Source: a virus
Taxonomy: Duplodnaviria; Caudoviricetes
IMG/VR virus record: IMGVR_UViG_3300025270_000010
Coordinates: 1,666 to 65,665 of that record
Length of the DNA: 64,000 bases
Direction: 5' to 3' (one strand)
The stretch's first letter is position 1, and every line of letters starts with the position of its first letter. This document shows, one piece after another, positions 53,549 through 62,962 of this stretch. The notes below the pieces were generated by a model that did no database searches, had not been told where the DNA came from, and was given only the letters and a program-made list of their open reading frames with translations. Made by a program: the position numbers and the translations under genes.

Positions 53549-53857
53549 TCAGGCTGCGTGGTAACAAAGGACGGTGCCGGAGCGGAGAGTGACCTTGGAG
53601 AACTGCCCAACAATCGTGATGCCGTTGGGGATGGTGACCCCATCAGCGGCGGAATCACTACGCAAAAGCATTTTGGTGTTCGTTCCTGAAACGTCAGTCA
53701 ACTCAGGCCATGTAGTTGCATCCGCCCCGTGGCCGTCGAATATGGCGTCTTCGATGATGAGGATTGCACATATATCTGCGGTAACGGAATCCGTGCCAGT
53801 TAGCATAGTGGCTCCGGCCTGCCCGAAGAATTGTTTTTCGACATTAGATGTTGCCAT
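53549..53857 (-). CDS. small structural-region protein
   Basis: 102-aa beta-rich ORF. Confidence 0.65.
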   Translation of the reverse strand: MATSNVEKQFFGQAGATMLTGTDSVTADICAILIIEDAIFDGHGADATTWPELTDVSGTNTKMLLRSDSAADGVTIPNGITIVGQFSKVTLRSGTVLCYHAA

Positions 53858-53881
53858 GATTGTTTGTTGGTTGTTAGAGAA

Positions 53882-54499
53882 TTATGCTTCAGTGAGGGTG
53901 TAGCGGTATTGGACGAAATAAGTTAAAGTAACTTCTGTGCTGCTATCGTATCCACTCGACCCCGCCACCGACAGATCTTTTTTGGTGACCCCGTCTAACT
54001 CATAAACTGTTCCCGTGGTGGTTGTGTCAAATTCTATTACATAGGTGCCGGAATCATCATCACCAGTCGTAGCGACCATCCAAGCTGTTCCAACACTAGC
54101 CGCGTCATCTAGGACAATAGCGCCTGCTGACGAAGCACTAGTTATCCCTTTTCCGGTAATAGTCGCGGTAGGGCATTTCACATTGACGGGGTGATCTGGG
54201 CCAACAGATATAAGATTGGCCACGCCCGCTGGGATACTGATGTCGTAAGCACTTGTGTCCATACTGACACTCAAGGCACCATAGTTGTTGTTATTTTTGA
54301 TGAGCAACAACCCTTCAGCTCCGTCAATGGTGCCTACATCCAGAGCGGTGGTTCCCCCTACTAACGCAATGGCACCCCCCGCAGAATACTCATGTGATTT
54401 ATGAGAATAGAGGAGCGTAGACGCAGTAGTGCTAAAAGACTCGCTTTGAGTATGCGTCCCATAGGTCAGCGAGACAGATCCTGATATGTTGGTAGCCAT
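53882..54499 (-). CDS. structural-region protein
   Basis: 205-aa Ser/Thr/Gly-rich ORF. Confidence 0.65.
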   Translation of the reverse strand: MATNISGSVSLTYGTHTQSESFSTTASTLLYSHKSHEYSAGGAIALVGGTTALDVGTIDGAEGLLLIKNNNNYGALSVSMDTSAYDISIPAGVANLISVGPDHPVNVKCPTATITGKGITSASSAGAIVLDDAASVGTAWMVATTGDDDSGTYVIEFDTTTTGTVYELDGVTKKDLSVAGSSGYDSSTEVTLTYFVQYRYTLTEA

Positions 54500-54509
54500 A
54501 CGTTAACCC

Positions 54510-54537
54510 AGTCTACAGAAATCCGAATAAGGTGCAA
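54510..54537 (-). promoter_or_regulatory. putative sigma70-type promoter
   Basis: Minus strand TTGCAC-16 nt-TAGACT with TG extension, 10 nt to the ATG. Confidence 0.55.
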
Positions 54538-54543
54538 GGCCCA

Positions 54544-54891
54544 CTACTTGGCCATTCTCTTTTCGACCATGACCATGAACCCGCTGCCGTCGTCGTGCTC
54601 GTCGTGGCTGCCGCGCTCACCCGTCTCGCCCTCGTCGTGGCTGCCGGAAACGGCATCTCGGGCTGAATCGAGAGATTCGGTTGCCAGAGCTATCTTTTTT
54701 TTAACCTCCTCCGCTTGGTCATGGGGGCATTCGCACTGGGCGAGGTGCTCCAGCAGGGCATCGGCGCTCTCTTTCAGAGTGTTGAGCTGGTGCTGAACCA
54801 TCTCGTGGCCGTCGTCCACCTTGCCTTCGCCCTTGTCGGGTCCGTCCACGGGGACCATGTTCCCCTCCCTGTTGTCGTCGTTGGGGTGCAT
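54544..54891 (-). CDS. acidic His-rich hypothetical protein
   Basis: 115-aa ORF filling the gap; SHDE occurs twice. Confidence 0.6.
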   Translation of the reverse strand: MHPNDDNREGNMVPVDGPDKGEGKVDDGHEMVQHQLNTLKESADALLEHLAQCECPHDQAEEVKKKIALATESLDSARDAVSGSHDEGETGERGSHDEHDDGSGFMVMVEKRMAK

Positions 54892-54900
54892 TGTTAAAAT

Positions 54901-55998
54901 CTACAACGGCGGCAAGCCGAACGGCGGCAAGCCGATAACATCATATCCTTCTTCCCGAAGGGCTGCGATGGCCTCATCGGGGGTCATGTTGGCAAATTGG
55001 TCGTCACTGAGGTATTCACTGAGTTTGGCCAAGGCGTCTTCGTCAACGCCCTCCTTTGGGGGTCCGCCTGTTAGCATTGTGAACACAGTCTTTGCGCTCT
55101 GCTCCATCATCTCCGGTGAGAAGAACGACACGGTGGGTTCCGCTTCGTCGTCGTCATCAAAGCCTTCGTCGTCTGGTTCTGCGGCGGGTTCCGCTGGGAC
55201 GGGTTCTGTGGCATACCCCGCCTGTTCGGCGTATGAAGTGTCAGGTATATCGGCCACGCGCTCTTTAGCGGCAAGATCCCGCGCTAGTGCGTCTTCAAGA
55301 TCGGGGGTTAACTGTATCCCTTCTCCTCCTCCTTTTTCGGTATAAATATTTCCCGTCGTTGGGTCCACCACCACATCGTCCGCTGCTGGTTCTTCCGCTG
55401 GTTCTTTCGCGGCTGGTTCGGCAGCTTGCTTGTCGAGCGCCATCTTCCTCATCATCCGGCCTCGAAAGTCAGCGAAGGTCTTGGCTCTCTCGGGGTCCAA
55501 CATGCCTTCCTCGTCGAACTGTGCGTCTACATATTTATCTTCGTAGAGCTTTTTGTCCTGCTCATACTGCGCGGCAGGAATGAGAGAGGGCAGTCCCTGT
55601 GCCTGAAGTTTTGCGGACTGTTGTGCAATCCACTGGTTGTTGCCCGTGAAATAATCCCCAGTTCGGGGGTCAACCATAGCGGACCCAAAACTAGCGGCAG
55701 GGAGGTAGAGGTCTTTCTCGGCGAGGGGTTGCCCGTCGGCTCCCGTTGGGGTGCCGTATGCCTTCTGAAAATATTCGGGGGTGAGTCCTTGCTTGGCCCC
55801 CGCAGTGTAGGCCATGTTTCGTTGATCGGGGGAAAGATCGTTTATGTTAATGGTCCCCAGTTTACCAACATTAACCATCGAGGAGTCTTCCGGCGGGTCT
55901 CCATAGGTATCGGAAATAGTTGCAGTAGCGACCGTCGGATCTGGCGCATACTCCGGTATTTCGTCCTTTTTCTTCTTCGGCTTTGGTTTGGCAGCCAT
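54901..55998 (-). CDS. acidic hypothetical virion-region protein
   Basis: 365-aa ORF in the head operon. Confidence 0.7.
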   Translation of the reverse strand: MAAKPKPKKKKDEIPEYAPDPTVATATISDTYGDPPEDSSMVNVGKLGTININDLSPDQRNMAYTAGAKQGLTPEYFQKAYGTPTGADGQPLAEKDLYLPAASFGSAMVDPRTGDYFTGNNQWIAQQSAKLQAQGLPSLIPAAQYEQDKKLYEDKYVDAQFDEEGMLDPERAKTFADFRGRMMRKMALDKQAAEPAAKEPAEEPAADDVVVDPTTGNIYTEKGGGEGIQLTPDLEDALARDLAAKERVADIPDTSYAEQAGYATEPVPAEPAAEPDDEGFDDDDEAEPTVSFFSPEMMEQSAKTVFTMLTGGPPKEGVDEDALAKLSEYLSDDQFANMTPDEAIAALREEGYDVIGLPPFGLPPL

Positions 55999-56006
55999 AA
56001 TCGTAA

Positions 56007-56050
56007 AGTAAAATCCCGAACCCCGAAGGGTTACTCAGGGTTCGGGATTT
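56007..56050 (-). terminator. intrinsic terminator-like hairpin
   Basis: AAATCCCGAACCC / GGGTTCGGGATTT 13-bp perfect stem, followed by TACTTT on the minus strand. Confidence 0.7.
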
Positions 56051-56074
56051 ATGGGTTGGGATTGCGGGTGGGAA

Positions 56075-56650
56075 TTAGTCGAACTTGGGGACCAGCGTGG
56101 CGTACTCGGAAGGCTCTATAATTGAGGCGAGTACGATACAACTGCCTTGAGTGGCGGTATCAAGGTCGCCACCAGTGGATGTGATCGTGACACTCAGCGA
56201 TTGGCCAGAACCAATAAGATCGCCAGTCCAAATTTCGGCTTCTGTGTCTAGTTCACCACCAGTGTTCTTTCTGAAGACTGCATTTGTGATTTCCATTTCC
56301 GCAGCCACTAAATAGCCGTTAGTGGCACCTGTGCGTCCTGCGGCAAGCGTATAGCCAGAAATAGAGCCACCAGCAAAATGAGTAGACACAATCAAGCCTA
56401 CCTCAGTTACAACTGACCCTTCAGTCAGGGCCATCAAGTTAATCTCACCAGTGGTTGTGGCCGCTAGAGCCACAGAAACTGAGTCATAATCGAGGCGAAA
56501 CGCATGAGTAAAGCCGTGAGTTAGAAGGGCAGCAGGCACCTGTTGGATTTTGCTCCCCCCGCCCAAGTTTTCGTTTGAAATGGCAATGGAATCGTTTGCA
56601 GCAATCGCAGCGTTCTTCGCCAAGGTTGGTAAATCATCTAAGGTAGGCAT
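56075..56650 (-). CDS. probable capsid decoration / minor capsid protein
   Basis: 191-aa ORF directly after the major capsid gene and before a terminator. Confidence 0.55.
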   Translation of the reverse strand: MPTLDDLPTLAKNAAIAANDSIAISNENLGGGSKIQQVPAALLTHGFTHAFRLDYDSVSVALAATTTGEINLMALTEGSVVTEVGLIVSTHFAGGSISGYTLAAGRTGATNGYLVAAEMEITNAVFRKNTGGELDTEAEIWTGDLIGSGQSLSVTITSTGGDLDTATQGSCIVLASIIEPSEYATLVPKFD

Positions 56651-56712
56651 AATCGTAGTTGGGTTATGCGCGGGGCGGCAGTTCTACGCCACCACCCCGC
56701 ACAATTTAAACC

Positions 56713-58074
56713 TTACGCAGCGGGCGTGGTGCTCGTGCGCTTGAAGAGGATGACGTAACCGAAGTTGGTCTTGATCGGCTTGGAGGCCGAAGCAAGGATA
56801 CCACGGAAGAACCCGATTGACCCATCAGGGTTCAAGATCACATCGGGAATGTTAGTCCACTTGAAGTCGCCCTTATAATTTATGGGGTCAAACTTCAGTC
56901 CGCTGACATTACCGACAGGGGCCGGAACGAGGGACTCCATCACGTTGTCAACGAGGACGAACGCGGCCTCAAGGTCAGCAGTCTCGTAAGAGGCGTTGCT
57001 GATGATCTTGTTGTTGCCTGTGTCGTGGCTGTAAGGCTGAACCTCGGTCAGACAGTTAGCGCCTGCGTCGGGGTCATCATCCGCCTTGTCTTTCAGGGCA
57101 GTGGTGAAACGCGGGGCAAGGTCGTCGATCAGGTGGTAGAAACCACGGAAGGACTTCTCAATTCCCAACGGCGCGATGAGGTCGGAGACCTTCGCGTTGT
57201 TGTAACGAACGTCGTCACGGAAGCCCGCTTCAGTCATCAACTGGTAGGAAGCCTCGGACGAACACACCAGCGAGAAGACCGGACGGCCATTCTCACGGCC
57301 ATAGGCGTTAGCGCCTGCTCCAGCACGGATCAGCTTGAAGTAGATGTCATCAAGGATCTTGTTGGAGATGTTAGCGGTAACGTCGATGACGCCGTTGTTG
57401 GTGCCGGAACCAGCGTCAACGTCTACGCCGTCAAGGGGCGTCCCCTCCACACCCGTCTGGGTGAGAGAAGTAGCGGTCTTGGCGTAAACGATGTTGTCAC
57501 ACTGGGTGCCGTATTCCACGCGGTAGCGTTGCTCCCAAGTATTGCGGGTGGCTTCTTTGAGCATATCCATGATAGCCCGAAGCTGCTCAGTCCGGTGAGC
57601 GGCGAAGCGAAGTTCCTCGACGTTGATCCGAGGGGACTCGATCACGGCCCGCTGAAGACTGAAACTCTTGAGGGTTTTGGTGAAGTCAATCAGGTTGACA
57701 TCTCCGTGACCTTCAGTGCCGTAAAACGTAGTCCCGTCTCCAGATGAAGCCTGCTGGCCTCCGCTAAAACCGTGGGTGCCTGAAGCAGCAACAAGGCCGA
57801 GATCGGCCCAGTCAGCACCAACTCCGACAGTGTCGTTGTCGGCGAGATTCTTGTCACGAGCCTGAAGCGGAAGTGCGCGGTCGTAAACGAGGGTGTTCAG
57901 GGTGTAGCCCATTGCTTCGGGGAAGGTGGACTGCTTGATAAGGTCGATCCACGGGGAAGTGTGGAGGGTCGCCTTGTGAATGTCGTTACCGATGCGACCT
58001 GCTTCTTGTGTCAGGACGACATCAACCGCAGCGGAGGCATTGGTAACGAACGTGGAGGGTGGGGCAAAAGCCAT
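56713..58074 (-). CDS. major capsid protein
   Basis: 453 aa, after portal and scaffold; highly biased codons; has its own long leader. Confidence 0.8.
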   Translation of the reverse strand: MAFAPPSTFVTNASAAVDVVLTQEAGRIGNDIHKATLHTSPWIDLIKQSTFPEAMGYTLNTLVYDRALPLQARDKNLADNDTVGVGADWADLGLVAASGTHGFSGGQQASSGDGTTFYGTEGHGDVNLIDFTKTLKSFSLQRAVIESPRINVEELRFAAHRTEQLRAIMDMLKEATRNTWEQRYRVEYGTQCDNIVYAKTATSLTQTGVEGTPLDGVDVDAGSGTNNGVIDVTANISNKILDDIYFKLIRAGAGANAYGRENGRPVFSLVCSSEASYQLMTEAGFRDDVRYNNAKVSDLIAPLGIEKSFRGFYHLIDDLAPRFTTALKDKADDDPDAGANCLTEVQPYSHDTGNNKIISNASYETADLEAAFVLVDNVMESLVPAPVGNVSGLKFDPINYKGDFKWTNIPDVILNPDGSIGFFRGILASASKPIKTNFGYVILFKRTSTTPAA

Positions 58075-58162
58075 GATATTTGAAAATAAAAAGTTAGGTG
58101 AGAGGGTAGACCGCTCCCCCTGTCTGGGGCTTAAAGCGGCCTGACTGAATTGGTGAACACTG

Positions 58163-58280
58163 CCTGACTAGAACTACTTATACGGCTAGAGCAACCGACA
58201 GGTTCGGGTGGTATGGTTTGGAACTCAGCCCAAGAACAGCGACTTTGTAGAACTACTTGTGGCTAGAGCAACCTCGTCGC
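58163..58280 (-). repeat. tandem motif GGTTGCTCTAGCC-N2/4-AAGTAGTTCTA in the capsid leader
   Basis: Two copies (58169-58196, 58248-58273), each inside its own closing stem. Confidence 0.85.
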
Positions 58281-58327
58281 GTAGGGGGACATTCTTAACA
58301 GAAAATACAAAACTGTCAATAGGAGAT

Positions 58328-59545
58328 TTATCGGTTCAGGTTGTTCGCTCCAAACGCGGAGTTGATGGCGTCCTCAAACGAGGCGTCTCCCCCAACCCCA
58401 CTGGCAACCTGACCCGAAGTTGGGGTATTCCCCGACATGGTAGGCTCCGCGCCCTCATATTCTGCCAGTCGGTCGGTGAGCACCGTGTTCTCAGCCCGCA
58501 TGGCTACGAACTCGCGGACCACGGCGGGGAGGAGCTGGGCAGAAATAGAGTTGAAGGTGAAATCCACGGGGTGCATGACGGCGGGGTCTACTTCAGCCGC
58601 CTTCTCCTGAATCGCCGCCATGTCCAGCCCCTCGACACCGGACAGGAACGGGAGCTTCTGCTGGACACGCTCGGCCACATTCTGGGCTACTTCTTGGCGG
58701 ACACGCAAATTTTCCGCCGCCTCGTGCTGGGATTTGCGTTCAGCCAACAATTCGGCCTCCTTCAGGGCCGCATCCGAATTCTCCCACATGTTGTTTCGCA
58801 TTTGGAGAACGGGGTCAATCTGGTTGATCAGGTGGTAAATTTTTGCGCGGTCCCTGTCCGTGGCATCCTGCAAAATATCATTCAGGGCGCGGTCCTGTTC
58901 TTCCTGCTCAGAGAGGGACATGGCATCAATAAGGGTATCCGCGTCGGCCCCATACTTCTCCGCAAGCGCGGTAGCCTCCTGCACAATGGTCTGCAAGGGC
59001 TGGGCTACGGCCTCTTGGTAAGCCTGTGTCTGTTCCAGATTGGTGAACATCTGGGTCTTCTCGTATTCAGCAATTTTTTGTTGGAGCGCCTCCACATCGT
59101 TGGACTCCGCTAAACCAGAAAGTTCCTTGATCTTCGCCGCATTCTCCTCCTGCTGTTGCCGGAGAGTCTGAAGCTCGGTGCTGGTGTCCTTCAGCTCGGA
59201 CTTCAGTTGCTTGAATCGGGATGCAGCTTTCGGGGTCCAATCGTCCCCGATGTCCTCGGTTAGGTTTTCGGTTGGGTCGGGGGTGTCCTCTTGAACGGCC
59301 TCTGCTTCCGGTTCTGGAGTAGGTTCCGGTTCCGGTTCTGGTTCTGGTTCTGGAGTAGGCTCCGGTTCTGGAGTAGATTCCGGTTCTGGAGTAGACCCCG
59401 CTTCAATCCCAGCAAAAGCTGTTTCCAAGGCGTCCATGAAAGACGCGCCTGAATCCTCACTGGTGTCAGGAACATTCGCGGTTACTTCTGTCACGGGGTC
59501 TGCTGCCGACGTTTCGGCGACTTCATTCGATGTGGGTCCACTCAT
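58328..59545 (-). CDS. capsid scaffolding protein
   Basis: Acidic coiled coil with (EP)n linker, between portal and capsid. Confidence 0.75.
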   Translation of the reverse strand: MSGPTSNEVAETSAADPVTEVTANVPDTSEDSGASFMDALETAFAGIEAGSTPEPESTPEPEPTPEPEPEPEPEPTPEPEAEAVQEDTPDPTENLTEDIGDDWTPKAASRFKQLKSELKDTSTELQTLRQQQEENAAKIKELSGLAESNDVEALQQKIAEYEKTQMFTNLEQTQAYQEAVAQPLQTIVQEATALAEKYGADADTLIDAMSLSEQEEQDRALNDILQDATDRDRAKIYHLINQIDPVLQMRNNMWENSDAALKEAELLAERKSQHEAAENLRVRQEVAQNVAERVQQKLPFLSGVEGLDMAAIQEKAAEVDPAVMHPVDFTFNSISAQLLPAVVREFVAMRAENTVLTDRLAEYEGAEPTMSGNTPTSGQVASGVGGDASFEDAINSAFGANNLNR

Positions 59546-59867
59546 CTGGAGTTATGTTTGTTTGTTTGTCTGCGGGAGGATTGGCTAATTTATACAAATC
59601 ATTTAACGCGTCACGATAGCCTGCATACCAAGCGTGGCGTTGGGAGTTACCCTCGGTATCTTGCAAAGTATTAAACGAGGGTCCAGCTATTTCCTTCAGA
59701 GTGGCCGCAGCTTTCTTGAAGGCGTCCGACTCCAGAAGCTCGTTGAGTATCTTGACGGTGGCCAGATCCCGATACCAACGGTCAAGGGGGATCGGGGGCG
59801 TTATCTCTTTTTTAGACATCTGAATTCTTCCGCTCTTCCCGTAACATTGCCTTCGCCAAGATAGCAT
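59523..59867 (-). CDS. hypothetical head-region protein
   Basis: 114-aa ORF. Confidence 0.6.
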   Translation of the reverse strand: MLSWRRQCYGKSGRIQMSKKEITPPIPLDRWYRDLATVKILNELLESDAFKKAAATLKEIAGPSFNTLQDTEGNSQRHAWYAGYRDALNDLYKLANPPADKQTNITPDEWTHIE

Positions 59868-60150
59868 AGTTTACAATGTCATGACACGCATCTTCAACAC
59901 TTTCGTCGGGGACTTGTAGTTCCCTGTCGTTCACGAACGAGCGGATGCGCTGGATCTTGTCGAGCACCCGCATCAGCAGCCCGTGGACGGGGTGGATGTC
60001 TATCACTATGCTACTCTTGAAGTTGGCAAACGGATCAGTGGCATCCTTGCCGCCCGTGTAGTCTGAATTTTTTGTTCGCATGATGGCCTTGCACTCGCGG
60101 CAAGTCTCATCGTGCAGGTCAAGGAGTTCTTTCGAGTTCACTGGTTTCAC
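59812..60150 (-). CDS. DUF1599 / Nmad1-like all-alpha nucleotide pyrophosphohydrolase-fold protein
   Basis: KNSDY, DPFANF, R..DK..R, ESVED..DIVNYA. Confidence 0.75.
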   Translation of the reverse strand: MKPVNSKELLDLHDETCRECKAIMRTKNSDYTGGKDATDPFANFKSSIVIDIHPVHGLLMRVLDKIQRIRSFVNDRELQVPDESVEDACHDIVNYAILAKAMLREERKNSDV

Positions 60151-62347
60151 GGAACTCTAGCGCGGCCTTCGCATCCCGTATAGCCATTTCTTGGTCATGT
60201 TTTTTCTGCTTGATGGACATGTCCAGTTCCGCCTTCTCTTGGGCGATCTGCATCTTCATCTGGTGTTCCATCACCTTCGTGTCCTGTTCGGGGGCTTGCG
60301 GTTGCCCTTCCTCACCGCCCTGCTGGGCCTGATCCCGCTGCATCTTCTGGAGAGCCTTCATCGTGTTGTTGATGACCTCCTCGGCATACTGGAGAACCTG
60401 CTGGGTCTGGCCGACCAGCCCCTCTAGCGCGGGGTCGCCAGCCGCAAACTGTACAGTCTGGCTAACGTGTTCGTAAAATGCCTGCACCGCAGGGAGCGCC
60501 TGCATCGGGTCCGCCTCGCCCGTATTGAGTTGTTCAATTAACTGGTTAAGGGCCGGGACATGAACTTCCAAATGTGTTCCATGTAACTCGTTTCCTACAA
60601 CCGGAACCTGCGCTCCTGCCATCAGTTGCTGGTTCTCAAAGAAGGCAATCTTGAGGTCAATCGTCGGGCGCTTCTCAACTTCCGCCGGAACGTAACGGTC
60701 AGCAAGATCATGGCCCACACGAGTAGATACAATGTCGCGGGTCAGGTTGCGCCGACCAACGTCATCGAACTGGCCGCTGATGCCCTGCAATTCCTTCAGG
60801 GCCACCATCCGGTTGGCGTGGCTCCCGTTGCCAATTGATCTAACAGCTTTTGTGCGGGCAGTGTCCAGTGTCTTGATAAAACTCTTCGGGACTCCTTTCA
60901 TCTCACAACGATCATAGAAGTCCTTGATTGCCCTGTCGGGCTTCTTGGTGGTGACCACGCGCCGGACAACCTCGCGCAGGAGGCGGTTCCAACTCGCATA
61001 GAACAAGTTCAGGCTCGCGCCGGACAGACGGGTGGTGACATCCATGTCGGCCACGATCTGCATCTTGTTCCTGTATGGTGAACCCTGCTGCGGGCCATAC
61101 GTACTAACAGTATCGGTGTTGAGCTGTAGCTGGTTGGTCAGATCCTCCAAGGCGGGCTGGACCGCAGTGCCGAGGTTCGGGATTGCCTTCTCGACAATCT
61201 TCACGTTCGGGGACAGCACGGCGTAAGCGCCGTAGTAGGTGAACTGCAATTCGTCCAGAGACCTTTGGTTTTCGGGTTGGATCATCACCGCAGACGCGAG
61301 CATGGCTCCGTCGATCTGCTGGCAACGCAATCTATTACTGGTCTGGACATGGGCAAAGATGCGCTGACCTAAGCCCCGAATTGAGTGGTATGTTCCATTG
61401 CTGCCGACGCCGTAGGTGAACATCACATACGCCTGCTCGGCCTTTTCGTAACGGGAAACTTTCTTGTAGAGGAAATCCTTTGGCCCATCCTCGGCACAGA
61501 TGTAGTGGCTCACGCTGCCGTCCATCTCCTTGACCCAGAAATGCAGGACAGACACGGACGGGTTTTCAATCCCCGTGTAAAGGTCGTTGTTCTTCATCTC
61601 GGCCTGCAACGACTCATAGTCGTTATACAGCGCCCGATTATTGGTACGCACGTTTTTCTGGATAACGCGCTTCACCTCCTCCACATCCCATCCGACCTTG
61701 GCCGCCGCCTTGGGATTCTTGATGTAGGCAAACAGTTCGTGCAACAGGTAGTTGCGCCGACCGATGGCCACATCAATGGAGTCCTCGCTGGCGGGGGTCT
61801 GCCGTGGAATAAGGATGTCAGTGAACCCGCCGACACGGAAATGCCAGTCGTCTGGTGAGTCGAAATAGGAAACGGCCACACCGTGCTTGATGAAGGTCGT
61901 GCAGAGTCGCAGGTAGGCGCTGTGGAACTCAGGCCAGTTCCGCATCAGATGCGTCAGTTCTTCCGCGACGATTTCTTCCGACGGTTTAATTTCGCTCGCT
62001 TCGCCCTCCGTGCCAGTAACCTCGACAAGTCTTTCCAGCGAAGAGTAAAGGTCAACGTAAGCACTAAGAGAAATATCCAAAAGTCGTTGGGCATCTCCAA
62101 AATTCAGGTTCGTTTTGAGACCTTGCCCGCTGAATGCGAGACTCTGGGAATTATACGGCGCGGCACCGTCGAACATCGAGTCGATGCGGGCGCGGTTCAG
62201 GGCAGACTTCTCATCTGCCGTGCGGAGAGTCGAGTATATTCCAAGCGCACTCTTTACGTCCTTCAGTCTGGTCTCTACGGGTTTCCCCTTTTCGTCCAAG
62301 GAGCCGAGGTTCAGGGTGTCGATGGTATCAAGCGGGCGGTCGCTCAT
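60119..62347 (-). CDS. portal protein
   Basis: 742 aa, first gene of the head operon, Gln-rich helical C-terminal barrel as in podoviral portals. Confidence 0.75.
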   Translation of the reverse strand: MSDRPLDTIDTLNLGSLDEKGKPVETRLKDVKSALGIYSTLRTADEKSALNRARIDSMFDGAAPYNSQSLAFSGQGLKTNLNFGDAQRLLDISLSAYVDLYSSLERLVEVTGTEGEASEIKPSEEIVAEELTHLMRNWPEFHSAYLRLCTTFIKHGVAVSYFDSPDDWHFRVGGFTDILIPRQTPASEDSIDVAIGRRNYLLHELFAYIKNPKAAAKVGWDVEEVKRVIQKNVRTNNRALYNDYESLQAEMKNNDLYTGIENPSVSVLHFWVKEMDGSVSHYICAEDGPKDFLYKKVSRYEKAEQAYVMFTYGVGSNGTYHSIRGLGQRIFAHVQTSNRLRCQQIDGAMLASAVMIQPENQRSLDELQFTYYGAYAVLSPNVKIVEKAIPNLGTAVQPALEDLTNQLQLNTDTVSTYGPQQGSPYRNKMQIVADMDVTTRLSGASLNLFYASWNRLLREVVRRVVTTKKPDRAIKDFYDRCEMKGVPKSFIKTLDTARTKAVRSIGNGSHANRMVALKELQGISGQFDDVGRRNLTRDIVSTRVGHDLADRYVPAEVEKRPTIDLKIAFFENQQLMAGAQVPVVGNELHGTHLEVHVPALNQLIEQLNTGEADPMQALPAVQAFYEHVSQTVQFAAGDPALEGLVGQTQQVLQYAEEVINNTMKALQKMQRDQAQQGGEEGQPQAPEQDTKVMEHQMKMQIAQEKAELDMSIKQKKHDQEMAIRDAKAALEFRETSELERTP

Positions 62348-62355
62348 TACCCCAA

Positions 62356-62395
62356 GTGATACCGCTTTGACTGCCTTTAGTCAATTATGTATATT
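62356..62395. promoter_or_regulatory. overlapping divergent promoters with palindromic -35 boxes
   Basis: TTGACT-N6-AGTCAA (62367-62384); plus strand TTGACT-17-TATATT, minus strand TTGACT-17-TATCAC. Confidence 0.65.
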
Positions 62396-62407
62396 TCCGG
62401 TTAAGAT

Positions 62408-62494
62408 ATGATACCAAACGAACCAACCATGGTTTTATTTTTGCTCACAACAGTTGTGCTGCTGTGGGTCGCCAGCAAACTTCTGGACATTTAA
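62408..62494 (+). CDS. small hydrophobic peptide (28 aa)
   Basis: MIPNEPTMVLFLLTTVVLLWVASKLLDI, just downstream of the plus-strand promoter. Confidence 0.5.
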   Translation: MIPNEPTMVLFLLTTVVLLWVASKLLDI

Positions 62495-62543
62495 TTGGGA
62501 AATCCGGTTGACACTTAACGTGGGCTTCCCTAGAAGTGCGGAG

Positions 62544-62762
62544 ATGAAATTCAACCTCATTGCAGCAAGTGCAGCATGTGTCCTGTTTGGGGCATCGTGC
62601 TCCACGATGGACTTGGGCGGTTCAGTCCCCCTTCCGTTTACCGCTCCGGCGACGAACGCGAAATTGGATGTGGATCTTCGCCCGATCCCTCCCCGCTTTT
62701 GCATCGGCCTTGACCTCGTTCCGAGGGAAGAGGACGCTGCGGAGAACGAGACAGCAAAATAG
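62544..62762 (+). CDS. small putative lipoprotein (72 aa)
   Basis: MKFNLIAASAACVLFGASC signal (non-canonical lipobox); TTGACA at 62508 upstream. Confidence 0.55.
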   Translation: MKFNLIAASAACVLFGASCSTMDLGGSVPLPFTAPATNAKLDVDLRPIPPRFCIGLDLVPREEDAAENETAK

Positions 62763-62962
62763 GGCCACCGTGTGGGGGTTGGCCCTATTCATCCGACTAT
62801 TCTGGCAGGGTAAGTCGGAACCCCACACACAAATTTTCTAACCCGCTTCAGGAAGCGGCCCGTAGCCCCGCAACTCGGGGACTAAGCAAGGGCGGTAGCT
62901 GTGACCTGTGGCGGGTTTCTTGCGTCGAGGGGGCCGACACATCCACAGAACGTGTCGATTTT

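Noticed and set aside
56650-56720. Programmed frameshift or readthrough from the capsid into the next gene (as with T7 10B)
   Set aside because: No slippery heptamer seen at the capsid end; the next gene has its own ATG after a GC-rich hairpin
58163-58280. Mini-CRISPR array (two ~25-nt repeats with a spacer)
   Set aside because: Only two copies with an internal indel, no cas operon; the Cas4-like gene is a typical phage replication exonuclease
59310-59395. (EP)n / PEPTP repeats in the scaffold and the Gly/Ser acidic linker at ~4520-4720
   Set aside because: Ordinary low-complexity linkers
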